From NCBI GenBank assembly GCA_029941565.1, contig JAPYRN010000004.1:119797-183796 (forward strand): a stretch of DNA of 64,000 nucleotides, in the 5' to 3' direction. Shown here piece by piece: positions 1 to 10,963 of this stretch. Position numbers and translations under genes: made by a program. The stretch is from Candidatus Latescibacterota bacterium (lineage in GTDB: Bacteria; Latescibacterota; UBA2968; UBA8231). The notes below the pieces were generated by a model that searched no databases, had not been told where the DNA came from, and worked only from the letters and a program-made list of their open reading frames with translations. How positions within the stretch are numbered: position 1 is the stretch's first letter; the number at the start of each line of letters is the position of its first letter.

Positions 1-105
1 CTTGATGGTTCGCCCCAGTCCCGGATTTCGACTCGGCCTTCCCTCCCTGTCGACCTACATACCCGACTAGGACAACTGTCTGCACCTCAGAGAGGTCGCA
101 CAACT

Positions 106-3100
106 ATGAAGTATCCCGCTGCATTTCCCTCCAAGCAGGGGTTATACGACCCGCGGCACGAGCACGATGCCTGTGGCATCGGCTTTGTTGCCCACATCAA
201 GGGTCAGCGCTCGCACGGAATCGTGCAGCAGGCGTTGGATGTCCTGGTCTCCCTCGATCATCGAGGGGCTCGCGGCGCCGAACCGAATACGGGCGACGGC
301 GCCGGCATCCTGATGCAGATTCCGGATCGCTTTCTGCGCGAAGAGATGACCACAGCAGGTGTCGAGTTGCCCCCGGCCGGCCAATATGGCGTCGGCATGG
401 TCTACCTGCCGCGGATTCATGCGTCACACCGTCATTTCTGCGAACAGGCCTTCGGTGAAATTGTCGAAGACGAGGGACAACACCTGTTGGGCTGGCGCGA
501 CGTGCCCACCGACAACAGCTCCATCGGTATGTGGGCGCAGTCACACGAACCCGTCATGCGGCAGGTCTTCATTAGGCAGAGCGCCAACATCGCCGGCGGA
601 GATGCCGAGGCGCAACTGCTGGCTTTCGAGCGCAAGCTTTATGTCATCGGCAAACGCGCCGCCCACGAGATCCGCCACAGTGACGAGGAAGAAGGGGACG
701 CGTTCTACCTTTCGAGTTTGTCCTGCCGGACCATCGTCTACAAGGGCATGCTGACACCGGAACAGGTGGAAGACTACTACCCCGAACTCAGTGACGAACG
801 CGTGGAGGCCGCCATTGCCCTCGTGCACTCCCGCTTCTCGACCAACACCTTTCCCAGCTGGGAGCGTGCGCATCCATATCGCTACGTGATCCACAACGGT
901 GAGATCAACACGCTGCGTGGCAACGTCAACTGGATGAAGACGCGGGAGGCACTCATCGACTCCGGCGTTTTCGATGATGATCTGGCCAAGCTCTTCCCCA
1001 TCATCGAGGAGGACGGCTCCGACTCGGCGATGTTCGACAACTGTCTCGAGTTTCTCCATCTCGGTGGCCGCTCGCTGCCGCACGCCTTGATGATGATGAT
1101 CCCGGAACCCTGGGAACGTCACGAGAACATGTCGGACGAGAAGCGCGCGTTCTACGAATTCCATGCCTGCATGATGGAGCCCTGGGACGGACCGGCATCG
1201 GTGGCCTTCACCGACGGCTCCGTCGTCGGCGCGGCGCTCGACCGCAATGGTCTGCGGCCGTCGCGGTACTACGTCACCAAGGATGATCGGATCATCATGG
1301 GCTCCGAAGTCGGCGTGCTCGAAGTGGATGACGAGAATGTCCTGCACAAGGGCCGCCTGCAACCGGGCCGCATGTTCCTGGTGGACACCAAGGCGGGGCG
1401 CATCATCGCCGATGAAGAACTCAAACATTCGGTGGCGATCGAACATCCGTACCGACAGTGGCTGGACGACAACCTCGTCGATTTGCATGAGATCCCCGAC
1501 GTACCGCACGAATCGATCGTGCGCGATCACGAGACCATCCTGCAGCACCAGCAGGCTTTTGGTTTCACCTTCGAGGATCTGCGTGTGCAGCTCGGACCGA
1601 TGGCGCGTGACGCCGTGTGGCCCACCGGCTCCATGGGCAACGACGCACCCCTGGCGGTGCTCTCCGACCGACCGCACCTGCTGTACAACTACTTCAAGCA
1701 GCTCTTTGCGCAGGTCACCAATCCGCCCATCGACCCGATTCGCGAAGAGCTGGTGACGGCAACGGAGACCACCCTGGGGGCCGAGCGCAACCTGCTGGAG
1801 CCGGAGCCGGCGAGCTGTCGGCAGATCCGCCTGGATTCGCCGTCCCTGACCGATGCCGAGATGGAGAAGTTGAAAACCCTCGATCTGCCCGGCTTCCAGG
1901 TACAGGTCCTGCCGATGTTGTTTACCGCCGACGGTGGCGAAGCAGCACTGCGCGCTGCCCTCGACCAGTTGTTCGCTGATGCGGAGGCCGCCATCGATGG
2001 TGGCGCCAACATCCTGATCCTGTCGGACCGTGGTGTCAACGAAAAGCTGGCGGCGATCCCGGCGCTGCTCGCCTCGGCAGGGCTGCATCACCACCTGATC
2101 CGCTCGGGCAAACGGTCGCGCACCGGGCTCGTGCTGGAAACGGGTGAACCCCGCGAGGTCCACCATTTCTGCCTGCTGCTCGGGTACGGTGTCAACGCCA
2201 TCAACCCGTATATCGTCTATGAGTCTCTCGCCGACATGATCGACGAGGGTATGCTCCGCGACATCGATCTCGACACGGCGATGGAGAACTTCAACAAGGC
2301 CGTGCTCAAGGGGGTCGTGAAGGTGATGTCGAAGATGGGCATCTCCACCTTTAAGTCGTACCGCGGCGCGCAGATCTTTGAGGCCGTGGGAATCAAGAAG
2401 AGTGTCATCGACGAGTTCTTCACGTGGACGGACTCGCGCGTGGAGGGCATCGGACTCGATGTCATTGCCGAAGAGGCACATCGTCGACACGTGGCCGCCT
2501 TCCCCAGATTTGGCAGCAACGGCGCTGCCCTGGACACGGGGGGCGAGTACCAGTGGCGGATGCACGGCGAGTACCACCTGTTCAACCCGAAGACCGTGCA
2601 CCTGTTGCAAAAAGCGGCACGGACGAATGACACCGCCGCATACGAGCAATACGCCGAGCTGATCAACGACCAGACCGAAAACGATCGTATGGCAACCTTG
2701 CGGGGGCTGCTTGAATTCGTCGATCCCGAGGGTGGCGGCATCCCGCTCAAAGAAGTGGAGTCCGTCGAGGCGATCACGAGTCGTTTCAAGACGGGTGCAA
2801 TGTCGTACGGGTCGATCAGCAAAGAGGCCCACGAGGCGCTGGCGATCGCCATGAACCGCATTGGCGGCCGTTCGAACACGGGGGAAGGAGGCGAGGATCC
2901 GGCGCGCTACACCCGCGAGGCCAATGGCGACTCGAAGAACTCCGCCATCAAGCAGGTCGCCTCCGGACGCTTCGGTGTGACCAGCAACTATCTGGTGAAT
3001 GCCCGCGAGCTGCAGATCAAGATGGCCCAGGGCGCCAAACCCGGAGAGGGTGGCGAGTTGCCCGGCGGCAAGGTCTACCCGTGGATCGCCAAGGTGCGCC

Positions 3101-4737
3101 AGTCGACGCCGGGCGTCGGTCTGATCTCACCGCCGCCACACCACGACATCTACTCGATCGAGGATCTGGCAGAGCTGGTCCACGATCTGAAGAATGCCAA
3201 CAAGGATGCCCGCATCAACGTCAAGCTTGTGTCCGAGGTCGGTGTCGGCACCGTCGCTGCCGGCGTTGCCAAGGGCAAGGCAGACGTGGTCCTGATCAGT
3301 GGCCACGATGGCGGCACGGGAGCGTCCCCGCAGACCAGCATCAAACATGCGGGACTGCCGTGGGAACTGGGTCTGGCCGACACACACCAGACGTTGGTCC
3401 TCAACCATCTGCGCGACCGCATCGTCGTCGAGACGGATGGTCAACTCAAGACCGGCCGGGATGTGGCCATCGCCTGTCTGCTCGGCGCTGAAGAGTTTGG
3501 TTTTGCCACGACGGCGCTGGTATCGATGGGTTGCATCATGATGCGGGTCTGTCACCTGGATACCTGTCCCGTCGGTGTGGCGACACAGAACCCCGAGCTG
3601 CGCAAACTGTTCACGGGAACGCCGGACAACGTCGTCAATTTCCTGCACTTCATCGCCGAGGACCTGCGCAAGGTGATGGCTCGCCTCGGCTTCCGCACCA
3701 TCGACGAGATGGTGGGCCGCACCGACCGTCTGCGACAGCGGCCGACGGAACACTGGAAAGCGAAAGGTCTCGATCTGACGCCCCTGTTACACCGGCCGGA
3801 TGTGGGTGATGAGGTCGGTCTGCATTGCACCAAAACACAGGATCACGGCATCGAACAGTGCCTCGATATGACGACGCTGCTGGAAGCCTGCCGGCCTGCT
3901 ATCGAGCGTGGTGAATCGGTGCGTGGCGAGTATCCCATCGTCAACACGAATCGTGTGACGGGGACCATCACCGGCGGCGAGATCACCAAGCGTTACGGTC
4001 CCGATGGACTGCCGGAGGACACCGTGCAGTTCAAGTTCAATGGCTCCGCCGGGCAGAGCTTTGGCGCCTTCATTCCCCCGGGGATGACCCTGGAACTCTC
4101 CGGAGACGCCAATGACTACTTCGGCAAGGGGTTGTCGGGCGGCAAGCTGATACTGTATCCGCCGGCTGCCTCGACCTTCGTTCCCCGAGATGAGATCATC
4201 GTCGGCAACGTGGCGCTCTATGGGGCCACCAACGGCGAAGTCTATATCCATGGCATGGCAGGAGAACGGTTCTGTGTGCGCAACTCAGGGGCTCGTGCCG
4301 TCGTCGAATCGGTGGGCGACCACGGCTGTGAGTACATGACCGGTGGCCTCGCCGTCGTGCTGGGGCCGACTGGGCGTAACTTTGCCGCCGGCATGTCCGG
4401 CGGTGTCGCCTACGTGCTCGATAAAGCAGGAGAATTCGCCGGTCACTGTAATCAGGACATGGTCGATCTGTTGCCATTGGAGGAGGAGGAAGATATCGCC
4501 GAAGTGCGGGATCTGATCACACGCCATGTCCGCTTCACACAATCGGCTCTGGGTCAGGAGATTCTCGACCATTGGAGCGACAGGGTGAAGGAGTTCGTGA
4601 AGGTCTTGCCACGGGACTACCGGCGCATGATGGCGTCCCTCGATCGAGCCCATGAATCGGGTTTGGAAGGGGAGGACGCCGTGTTGCAGGCCTTCCTCGA
4701 CAACCGTGATGAGACTGCAAACGTGGTGGAAAACTGA
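106..4737 (+). CDS. gltB: Glutamate synthase large subunit
   Basis: 1543 aa; [10 protein letters not shown]-terminal amidotransferase Cys, [62 protein letters not shown] 3Fe-4S motif, GXGXG C-terminal domain. Confidence 0.99.
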   Translation: MKYPAAFPSKQGLYDPRHEHDACGIGFVAHIKGQRSHGIVQQALDVLVSLDHRGARGAEPNTGDGAGILMQIPDRFLREEMTTAGVELPPAGQYGVGMVYLPRIHASHRHFCEQAFGEIVEDEGQHLLGWRDVPTDNSSIGMWAQSHEPVMRQVFIRQSANIAGGDAEAQLLAFERKLYVIGKRAAHEIRHSDEEEGDAFYLSSLSCRTIVYKGMLTPEQVEDYYPELSDERVEAAIALVHSRFSTNTFPSWERAHPYRYVIHNGEINTLRGNVNWMKTREALIDSGVFDDDLAKLFPIIEEDGSDSAMFDNCLEFLHLGGRSLPHALMMMIPEPWERHENMSDEKRAFYEFHACMMEPWDGPASVAFTDGSVVGAALDRNGLRPSRYYVTKDDRIIMGSEVGVLEVDDENVLHKGRLQPGRMFLVDTKAGRIIADEELKHSVAIEHPYRQWLDDNLVDLHEIPDVPHESIVRDHETILQHQQAFGFTFEDLRVQLGPMARDAVWPTGSMGNDAPLAVLSDRPHLLYNYFKQLFAQVTNPPIDPIREELVTATETTLGAERNLLEPEPASCRQIRLDSPSLTDAEMEKLKTLDLPGFQVQVLPMLFTADGGEAALRAALDQLFADAEAAIDGGANILILSDRGVNEKLAAIPALLASAGLHHHLIRSGKRSRTGLVLETGEPREVHHFCLLLGYGVNAINPYIVYESLADMIDEGMLRDIDLDTAMENFNKAVLKGVVKVMSKMGISTFKSYRGAQIFEAVGIKKSVIDEFFTWTDSRVEGIGLDVIAEEAHRRHVAAFPRFGSNGAALDTGGEYQWRMHGEYHLFNPKTVHLLQKAARTNDTAAYEQYAELINDQTENDRMATLRGLLEFVDPEGGGIPLKEVESVEAITSRFKTGAMSYGSISKEAHEALAIAMNRIGGRSNTGEGGEDPARYTREANGDSKNSAIKQVASGRFGVTSNYLVNARELQIKMAQGAKPGEGGELPGGKVYPWIAKVRQSTPGVGLISPPPHHDIYSIEDLAELVHDLKNANKDARINVKLVSEVGVGTVAAGVAKGKADVVLISGHDGGTGASPQTSIKHAGLPWELGLADTHQTLVLNHLRDRIVVETDGQLKTGRDVAIACLLGAEEFGFATTALVSMGCIMMRVCHLDTCPVGVATQNPELRKLFTGTPDNVVNFLHFIAEDLRKVMARLGFRTIDEMVGRTDRLRQRPTEHWKAKGLDLTPLLHRPDVGDEVGLHCTKTQDHGIEQCLDMTTLLEACRPAIERGESVRGEYPIVNTNRVTGTITGGEITKRYGPDGLPEDTVQFKFNGSAGQSFGAFIPPGMTLELSGDANDYFGKGLSGGKLILYPPAASTFVPRDEIIVGNVALYGATNGEVYIHGMAGERFCVRNSGARAVVESVGDHGCEYMTGGLAVVLGPTGRNFAAGMSGGVAYVLDKAGEFAGHCNQDMVDLLPLEEEEDIAEVRDLITRHVRFTQSALGQEILDHWSDRVKEFVKVLPRDYRRMMASLDRAHESGLEGEDAVLQAFLDNRDETANVVEN

Positions 4738-4738
4738 C

Positions 4739-6229
4739 GTGGGTAAGCCTACTGGTTTTATGGAGACGGATCGGGAGTTGCCGCAGGATCGGGATCCCAT
4801 CGAACGGCTCAAGGACTTTGATGAATTCCACCTGCACCTGAGCGAGCAGACGCTGCGCGAGCAGGGGGGTCGGTGCATGGACTGTGGTGTCCCATTCTGT
4901 CATATGGGCACAACACTACCGGTCAACTCACCCTTCGCCGCCGGTTGCCCGATCAACAACCTCATCCCGGAGTGGAACGACCTCGTCTATCGCGGTCGGT
5001 GGCAGGAAGCGCTGGACCGGTTGCACAAGACAAACTGTTTTCCCGAGTTCACGGGACGGGTTTGTCCGGCGCCTTGCGAAGGCTCGTGTGTGCTCGGCAT
5101 CAACGATCCAGCGGTGACGATCAAGAATATCGAGGTCTCCATCATCGATAAAGCCTGGGAAGAGGGCTGGGTCGTGCCGCAACCACCGGAGAAACGGACG
5201 GGCAAGTCTGTCGCCGTCGTCGGCTCGGGTCCCGCGGGGATGTCTGGCGCCATGCAACTGAATCGCGCCGGCCACCGGGTCACGGTGTTTGAACGGTCTG
5301 ATCGGATCGGTGGCCTGCTGATGTATGGCATCCCGAATATGAAACTCGACAAGAAGTATGTGGAACGTCGCGTGCATCAGATGGAGGCGGAGGGTGTCAC
5401 TTTCGTCACCAATACCGAGGTCGGCTCAGACATTGAGGCGCAGAAGCTCATCGACGATCACGACGCCGTCGTGTTGTGCATCGGCGCGCTGAAGCCACGT
5501 GATCTGCCCATACCGGGACGTGAGCTGAATGGTGTGCATCAAGCCCTTGACTTTCTGCACGCCAACACGAAGTCGCTGCTGGACTCAGAGCTCGCCGATG
5601 GCAATTACATCTCGGCGAAGGGTAAGAATGTGATCGTGCTGGGCGGCGCCGATACGGGCACCGACTGCGTTGCCACGTCACTACGACACGAATGCAACAG
5701 CGTTTTTCAGTTCGATATCATCCCGCCCCCTCCGGCAACCCGCGCCGCCAACAATCCGTGGCCGGAGTGGCCAAAGGTGTACAAGCTCGACTACGGCCAT
5801 GAAGAGGCCGAGGCCCGCGATGGACGAGATCCGCGCGAGTTCCTTATCAGCACCGCAGAATTTCTCGGCGACGAGGACGGCAATCTGCGCGCCCTGCGCA
5901 CGGGCCAGGTCGAGTGGGTACAGACCGACAGTGGCCCACCCTTCCGCGCGGTACCTGGCACGGAGAAAGAATGGCCGGCGGAGTTGGTACTGCTCGCCAT
6001 GGGTTGGCTTGGCCCACAGGACACGGTGCCAGAGGCTTTGGGTCTGGAACGGGATCAGCGTTCGAATGTGAAGGCGGAAGCCGGCAAGTATGCGACCAAT
6101 GTCCCCGGTGTATTTGCGGCAGGGGATGTGCGTCGTGGCATGAGTTTGGTGGTGTGGGCATTTAAGGAGGGGCGTGAAGCGGCGCGGGAGTGTGATCGTT
6201 ATCTGATGGGTTCTACTTCGCTGCCCTGA
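4739..6229 (+). CDS. gltD: Glutamate synthase small subunit
   Basis: GTG start 1 nt after gltB stop (GKPTGFME); [46 protein letters not shown]. Confidence 0.98.
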   Translation: MGKPTGFMETDRELPQDRDPIERLKDFDEFHLHLSEQTLREQGGRCMDCGVPFCHMGTTLPVNSPFAAGCPINNLIPEWNDLVYRGRWQEALDRLHKTNCFPEFTGRVCPAPCEGSCVLGINDPAVTIKNIEVSIIDKAWEEGWVVPQPPEKRTGKSVAVVGSGPAGMSGAMQLNRAGHRVTVFERSDRIGGLLMYGIPNMKLDKKYVERRVHQMEAEGVTFVTNTEVGSDIEAQKLIDDHDAVVLCIGALKPRDLPIPGRELNGVHQALDFLHANTKSLLDSELADGNYISAKGKNVIVLGGADTGTDCVATSLRHECNSVFQFDIIPPPPATRAANNPWPEWPKVYKLDYGHEEAEARDGRDPREFLISTAEFLGDEDGNLRALRTGQVEWVQTDSGPPFRAVPGTEKEWPAELVLLAMGWLGPQDTVPEALGLERDQRSNVKAEAGKYATNVPGVFAAGDVRRGMSLVVWAFKEGREAARECDRYLMGSTSLP

Positions 6230-6353
6230 TATTGTTATGTACAGTAGTTCAGGTCGAAGTACTGTCAGCCGTCGAGTGGTGATTCACTTTCTGGCGGTGG
6301 CGCTCCCGTGTGCGGCGTATTTCTGCTGTCACCTTTTCGGTTATCTTCTTGGC

Positions 6354-6800
6354 ATGGCAAAACTTACTGACGAGGTCAGCAGTTTCAGCGAGTCGCAACA
6401 CTTTCTGCTGTTGGATTCGGATTTGAAGAGTCATGCCGAACCTTTGCTCGCCCATTGGTGCGACGAGGTCGGTTCTGTTGTTTCGCAAGAGAGTATGGCG
6501 CGGGCGTTGCATGGCGTGGCTCGTCTGGATGTGCCGCTGCAACATAGGCAGGCCTTCCCGGAGTTGTTGCGCGCGTTTCTGGAATTTCTTCCTTCGACGG
6601 GTCAATTTCCCCGTGGTGACGAATGGGCGGATCGCATTTCGGCCATGGAGACAGAATACGCTGCCGGGTTCCGTGACGATGGTTCGGTGCGTGGTGCCAC
6701 CGTGCGCAAGGCGGGCGCCGAGACGGGGCGTAATGACCCGTGTCCCTGTGGCAGTGGCAGGAAATACAAGAAGTGTTGCATGTCGTTGTTAGAAGGCTGA
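6354..6800 (+). CDS. SEC-C metal-binding motif protein
   Basis: C-terminal [21 protein letters not shown] 6354 preferred over the ORF-track start 6237. Confidence 0.85.
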   Translation: MAKLTDEVSSFSESQHFLLLDSDLKSHAEPLLAHWCDEVGSVVSQESMARALHGVARLDVPLQHRQAFPELLRAFLEFLPSTGQFPRGDEWADRISAMETEYAAGFRDDGSVRGATVRKAGAETGRNDPCPCGSGRKYKKCCMSLLEG

Positions 6801-6804
6801 AAGC

Positions 6805-7740
6805 TTGACGGATCTAGCTACACGTCGCCTCGGAAGAAGTGAGCTGCAGCCCGCCGCCCTCGGCCTGGGGGGCGCCTGGTGGCATAAGGCGGGACGGCAG
6901 GGCACCATCGCCGGTATCGAGGCTGCCCTCGATCTTGGCATGAACTTTCTCGACACGTATCCCGGTCAACACGAGCAGACCTGGGGGGACGTGTTGGCCC
7001 AGGACGGTCGTCGTGAAGGCGTTTACCTGCAGGCGAAGGTGAGTTGCCATGTACAAAATGAGCGTACGTCGGACCATTCAGCAGCCAAGACCAGATCAAG
7101 TGTTGAAGGATCTCTGCGGGATCTGCGTACCGATTATCTCGATAGTGTCATCATCCACGGTTATGATCAGCCTGAACAGCTGCAGACGGGCGATATTCTC
7201 GATCCCCTGGCACCCGGTAATGCGCTCGACGAACTGCTGAAGATGAAGGCGGAAGGCAAGGTGCGACACATCGGCATCGGCGCTCGTTCAGCAGAGGTCC
7301 ACAAACGCGCCATCGCCACGGGGCACATCGAACTGATCCTGACGTATCTCGAATACAATCTGCTGACACAGGCGGCAGCGACGGAGTTGTTTCCGTTGTG
7401 CCGGGAGCTGGATGTGGGTGTCATTCTCGCCAGCCCGTTGGCGATGGGGTTGCTTACCGGCGCTGAACCGGACGCCGCAGACGAACAGCGCAAGATCCGG
7501 GACCTGACCGAGCCACGGGCGCAGCGTATGTGGCGTTGGTGTCAGGAACGGGATATCGACATTCGACATCTGGCAATCCAGTATTGTCTGGCAGCGCCTG
7601 TGGATGGGTTCGTGTTGCCGGGCCAGGCGAGTGCGGACGAGGTGCGGTCGTCGTATGAGGCAGCGACATGTACTGTGGGGGCGGATGTCTGGCGGGAGTT
7701 TGGGGGGGAGTTTGGGATTGGTGTTGAGGGGTTGGTTTGA
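6805..7740 (+). CDS. Aldo/keto reductase
   Basis: RRLGRSEL..LGLG, SLRDLRTDYLD..IIH, EGKVRHIGIG, YNLL, ASPLAMGLLTG. Confidence 0.92.
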   Translation: MTDLATRRLGRSELQPAALGLGGAWWHKAGRQGTIAGIEAALDLGMNFLDTYPGQHEQTWGDVLAQDGRREGVYLQAKVSCHVQNERTSDHSAAKTRSSVEGSLRDLRTDYLDSVIIHGYDQPEQLQTGDILDPLAPGNALDELLKMKAEGKVRHIGIGARSAEVHKRAIATGHIELILTYLEYNLLTQAAATELFPLCRELDVGVILASPLAMGLLTGAEPDAADEQRKIRDLTEPRAQRMWRWCQERDIDIRHLAIQYCLAAPVDGFVLPGQASADEVRSSYEAATCTVGADVWREFGGEFGIGVEGLV

Positions 7741-7789
7741 CGCTGTGACGTGACGGATCACACAGTTCACCGCGTGTACTTCTGATCTA

Positions 7790-7827
7790 TTGACAAAATT
7801 CACTCCCATCGGTTAACATCGTTAACC
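7790..7827 (+). promoter_or_regulatory. Sigma70-type promoter with overlapping palindromic operator
   Basis: TTGACA 7790-7795, 18-bp spacer, TAACAT 7814-7819; perfect inverted repeat GGTTAAC-atc-GTTAACC 7811-7827 abutting the tetR ATG. Confidence 0.8.
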
Positions 7828-8454
7828 ATGAACCGCAATGACATTCTCACCCACGCCTGTGAACTCTACCTGCAGGGCGGCATCGAGGCTGTGTCGATGC
7901 GCCGCCTAGCGCGGGACCTCGGTGTAACTGCACCGGCGTTGTACAAGCACTACGGCAATCGCGAAGAGATGTTGCTCGATGTTGTCAGTGAGGCCTATCG
8001 CCTATGCGGTGAGCACCTCACGGGCGCGTTGTCGGGCCGCACGCCACGCGAGCGTTTCCGCATGGCAGGCGAGGGTTATCTCGACTTCGCCTTGAAACAC
8101 CCCAAGTTTTATGAAATGATGTACGCACCAGCCCACACGCTGGGGGTGAAAATCTTCCCGGACGTGGTGACGGCGCGTATGGCCGGCGTCGGCCAGTTTT
8201 TTAATGATCGCGTGCGCGAATGTATCGACGCGGGGTTACTGCAGCCCCTCGACGCGCAGGAGGTCTCCCTGACGCTTTGGGCACACGCTCATGGTTTGAT
8301 CTCCATCTACCTGCGGGGCTGTCTGCATATGGACGAGGAAGTTTTCAGATCGGTGTACTTCGAATCGGGTTGGCGTGTCATTCACGGCATGGCGACACCG
8401 CAGTATGAAGCGGAAAAGGAGCTGGAGGATATGGCGGAGGGTGCATCAGGATGA
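7828..8454 (+). CDS. TetR/AcrR family transcriptional regulator
   Basis: HTH AVSMRRLARDLGVTAPALYKHY; WHG-like C-terminus LWAHAHGL. Confidence 0.95.
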   Translation: MNRNDILTHACELYLQGGIEAVSMRRLARDLGVTAPALYKHYGNREEMLLDVVSEAYRLCGEHLTGALSGRTPRERFRMAGEGYLDFALKHPKFYEMMYAPAHTLGVKIFPDVVTARMAGVGQFFNDRVRECIDAGLLQPLDAQEVSLTLWAHAHGLISIYLRGCLHMDEEVFRSVYFESGWRVIHGMATPQYEAEKELEDMAEGASG

Positions 8455-9887
8455 CGGTACTGTCCCAGCTAGTACGAGTCGTCGTCCTCTGTTTCTTGGC
8501 CTCTTCCGTCGTCGCACAATCCACACAGGATCGAGGGGCTCTCGCCGACGAACTTCTGCTCACCGTCGATGGCGCCGTGCGCCTCGCGCTGGAACGCAGC
8601 CGCGATCTGCGCAATGCCAGCGACGGGCTCAGCGAAGCCCGCGCCCAGGCGTCGGAGACGTGGGGTCAGCTGTGGCCACAGATCAGTGCCTCGGCAAGTT
8701 ATGTGCGCAACATTTCTCCCGCCGTCTCCTTCGTGCCGGCGCGGGTATTCGATGCCAGTGCGCCGGAGGGAGAGTTCATCTCCCTGCAATTCGGCGCCGA
8801 CAACAGCTGGCAGAGCGCGATCAGCGTCGAACAACCCCTGTTCGATCCCGCCCTGCTGGTCAGCACGGGTGCCGCCGATCGTTTCGAACGCCTCCAGGTC
8901 GAAGTCGTACGCGGCCGGGCGCAACAAGTGGCGACGCGGGTGCGCATGTTGTGCTACGATCTGTTGTTGCGCGAAGAACAGGTACAGCTCATCGAACGAT
9001 CGTTGTTGCGAGTGCGGCAAGCGCTGTCCGAGACCAAAGCCCGTTCCCGGGCGGGTATGGCGACCTCCTACGATGAGCTCCGCCTGCGGGTGGAGCTCGC
9101 CAATCTCGAGTCCACGCAGTTGCAGGCACAGAACGAGGTGACGGCAACGCGGCGGCAACTGGCGGTGGAACTCGACATCGAAGATCCACTGCGACTGCGA
9201 CTGACGGAAACCACAGCTCTGACCGATACGACGCAGATCCCCGTACTCGAAGGCCTGGAAGATTCAACGGAGGCACTGGTGAACGCCGCCCTGTCGCAAC
9301 GCTCCGACATGCGTCAGTTGGCGCAGATGGTCACGCTGCGCAAGACACAGGTGCGTCTCGAACAGGTCGACTACCTGCCGACGGTATCCCTGTTTGGCAG
9401 CTGGGATGTGCAGGCGCAGCAGAATGGCAGCCCCAATTTTTTCGGTGACAGCCGCTCACGGGCAACGAGCAAGATCGCCGGCGTCAGCATGAAACTGCCC
9501 CTGTTCACCGGCATGCAGCGCAATGCTCGAATCCATCAACGGCAGGCCGTGCACCGCCAGGCAAAGACGGCAAAACAGCTGGGTGAGGACCAGGCGACGG
9601 CACAGGTCCGTGACCTGGTGGAGGGGTTGGCCGCAGCCGGTGTTCGCGAACGGGCCCAGCGGCTGGCCATGACCCAAGCCGACCGGGGGTATCAGATCAC
9701 GCTGGCCAGATATCGTCGGGGTGTCGGTAGTCGGCTGGAGATGACGGACGCTGAAGTCGCACTGCGACGCAGTGAATTCAACCACGCTCAGGCAGCGCAC
9801 GATCTGTTGACGACACGCGCTCGCCTCGACTTCGCCGTGGGCCATGTCGCCCTCGTCGATGGACAGACATCGGAAAGTCCGCAATGA
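8451..9887 (+). CDS. TolC family outer membrane efflux protein
   Basis: Signal peptide, duplicated OEP pattern (WPQISASASY / YLPTVSLFGSW, LPLFTG, RYRRGVGSRLE); ATGA overlap with tetR. Confidence 0.93.
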   Translation: MTVLSQLVRVVVLCFLASSVVAQSTQDRGALADELLLTVDGAVRLALERSRDLRNASDGLSEARAQASETWGQLWPQISASASYVRNISPAVSFVPARVFDASAPEGEFISLQFGADNSWQSAISVEQPLFDPALLVSTGAADRFERLQVEVVRGRAQQVATRVRMLCYDLLLREEQVQLIERSLLRVRQALSETKARSRAGMATSYDELRLRVELANLESTQLQAQNEVTATRRQLAVELDIEDPLRLRLTETTALTDTTQIPVLEGLEDSTEALVNAALSQRSDMRQLAQMVTLRKTQVRLEQVDYLPTVSLFGSWDVQAQQNGSPNFFGDSRSRATSKIAGVSMKLPLFTGMQRNARIHQRQAVHRQAKTAKQLGEDQATAQVRDLVEGLAAAGVRERAQRLAMTQADRGYQITLARYRRGVGSRLEMTDAEVALRRSEFNHAQAAHDLLTTRARLDFAVGHVALVDGQTSESPQ

Positions 9888-10960
9888 GTAAGACCCTTGC
9901 TACGCGGATCTATCTAGCCCTGGGTGCGGTCGCCCTGGCCTTGACGGCTGCCTGTGGAGGCGACGCCCAGAGCACGGAGGCAGCCGTCGTCGTTGAGGAT
10001 ACACGCCGCGTCATCAACGTGGAAGTGACAGTGTTGCAGGCGCAGGATTTTGGCGACGTCATCCGGCTCACGGGCACGGTTGCCGCCGATCGTGAGGTCA
10101 CGGTTGCCGCCGAGGAAGCAGGCACGGTGGCTCAGGTCCTGGTCGACAAGGGCACACCGGTCAACGAAGGTCAGCCTCTGATCCGTCTCGACGACGACCT
10201 GCTACAGGCACAATGGGACGAGGCAAGAGCGCAGTCAAAGTTGGCCCACGAACTGTGGGAACGAGTGCGCCGGTTGTATGAAGAGGACGGCATTGGCACG
10301 GAGAGCGGATACCTCGAGTCGCGGTACAGCGCCGAAGGGGCTGCCGCCCGGCTCGCCCTGATACACGAGCGGCTGCAGCGCACCACAATCCGCGCGCCCT
10401 TCGGTGGCATTTTCGACACTCGCCTTGTTGAGGTGGGGTCGGTGTTGGCGCCGGGACAGCCTGTGGGCAGTGTCGTCGATCTGACGCCATTGAAGGTGAC
10501 TGCTGGTGTGCCAGAACGGTATGCCGCCGACGTCGCGTTGGGTGTAGCGGCGGGTGTGAGTTTCAGCGATCTCGGACACGAGGGTGTGGCGAGTGTGTCG
10601 TATGTAGGCGCGCAGGTCCATCCCGACAATCGCACCTTCCTCGTCGAACTATCTCTCGATTCACCCGTGGTCGGCGCCAAGCCGCAGATGGTGGCGGACG
10701 TGGTGCTGCAACGGCGCGTGCTTCCCGGTGTCGTCGTCGTCCCACGTCAGGCGCTGATTCGAACCGAGGCGGGGTATGCCGCCTTCGTCGTCGTCGGCAC
10801 AGGCGACGAGGCTACCGCCAGTGCGCGTCAGGTGACGCAGGGACCGTCGGCGAGCGACCGGGTCGTCATCACCGAGGGGCTGTCTCCGGGGGATCGGGTT
10901 GTCATCGTTGGCCAGAACCAGGTCGCCGATGGTGACCGTGTGCGCATCGTGGGTGAGTGA
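9884..10960 (+). CDS. RND efflux periplasmic adaptor (lipoprotein)
   Basis: Lipobox LTAAC; VDKGTPVNEGQPL, TTIRAPFGG, VVVVPRQAL, EGLSPGDRVV. Confidence 0.94.
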   Translation: MSKTLATRIYLALGAVALALTAACGGDAQSTEAAVVVEDTRRVINVEVTVLQAQDFGDVIRLTGTVAADREVTVAAEEAGTVAQVLVDKGTPVNEGQPLIRLDDDLLQAQWDEARAQSKLAHELWERVRRLYEEDGIGTESGYLESRYSAEGAAARLALIHERLQRTTIRAPFGGIFDTRLVEVGSVLAPGQPVGSVVDLTPLKVTAGVPERYAADVALGVAAGVSFSDLGHEGVASVSYVGAQVHPDNRTFLVELSLDSPVVGAKPQMVADVVLQRRVLPGVVVVPRQALIRTEAGYAAFVVVGTGDEATASARQVTQGPSASDRVVITEGLSPGDRVVIVGQNQVADGDRVRIVGE

Positions 10961-10963
10961 GCG

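Noticed and set aside
1..105. Glutamine riboswitch or other RNA motif upstream of gltB
   Set aside because: No recognisable consensus, and the region is cut by the window edge.
541..2832. 763-aa antisense ORF and many similar long shadow ORFs (e.g. 45430-46965, 47193-48470, 56251-57567)
   Set aside because: They lie opposite well-supported genes in GC-rich DNA and show no protein motifs.
7743..7765. CRP-like TGTGA/TCACA site
   Set aside because: Half-site spacing is not N6; only a weak imperfect hairpin.
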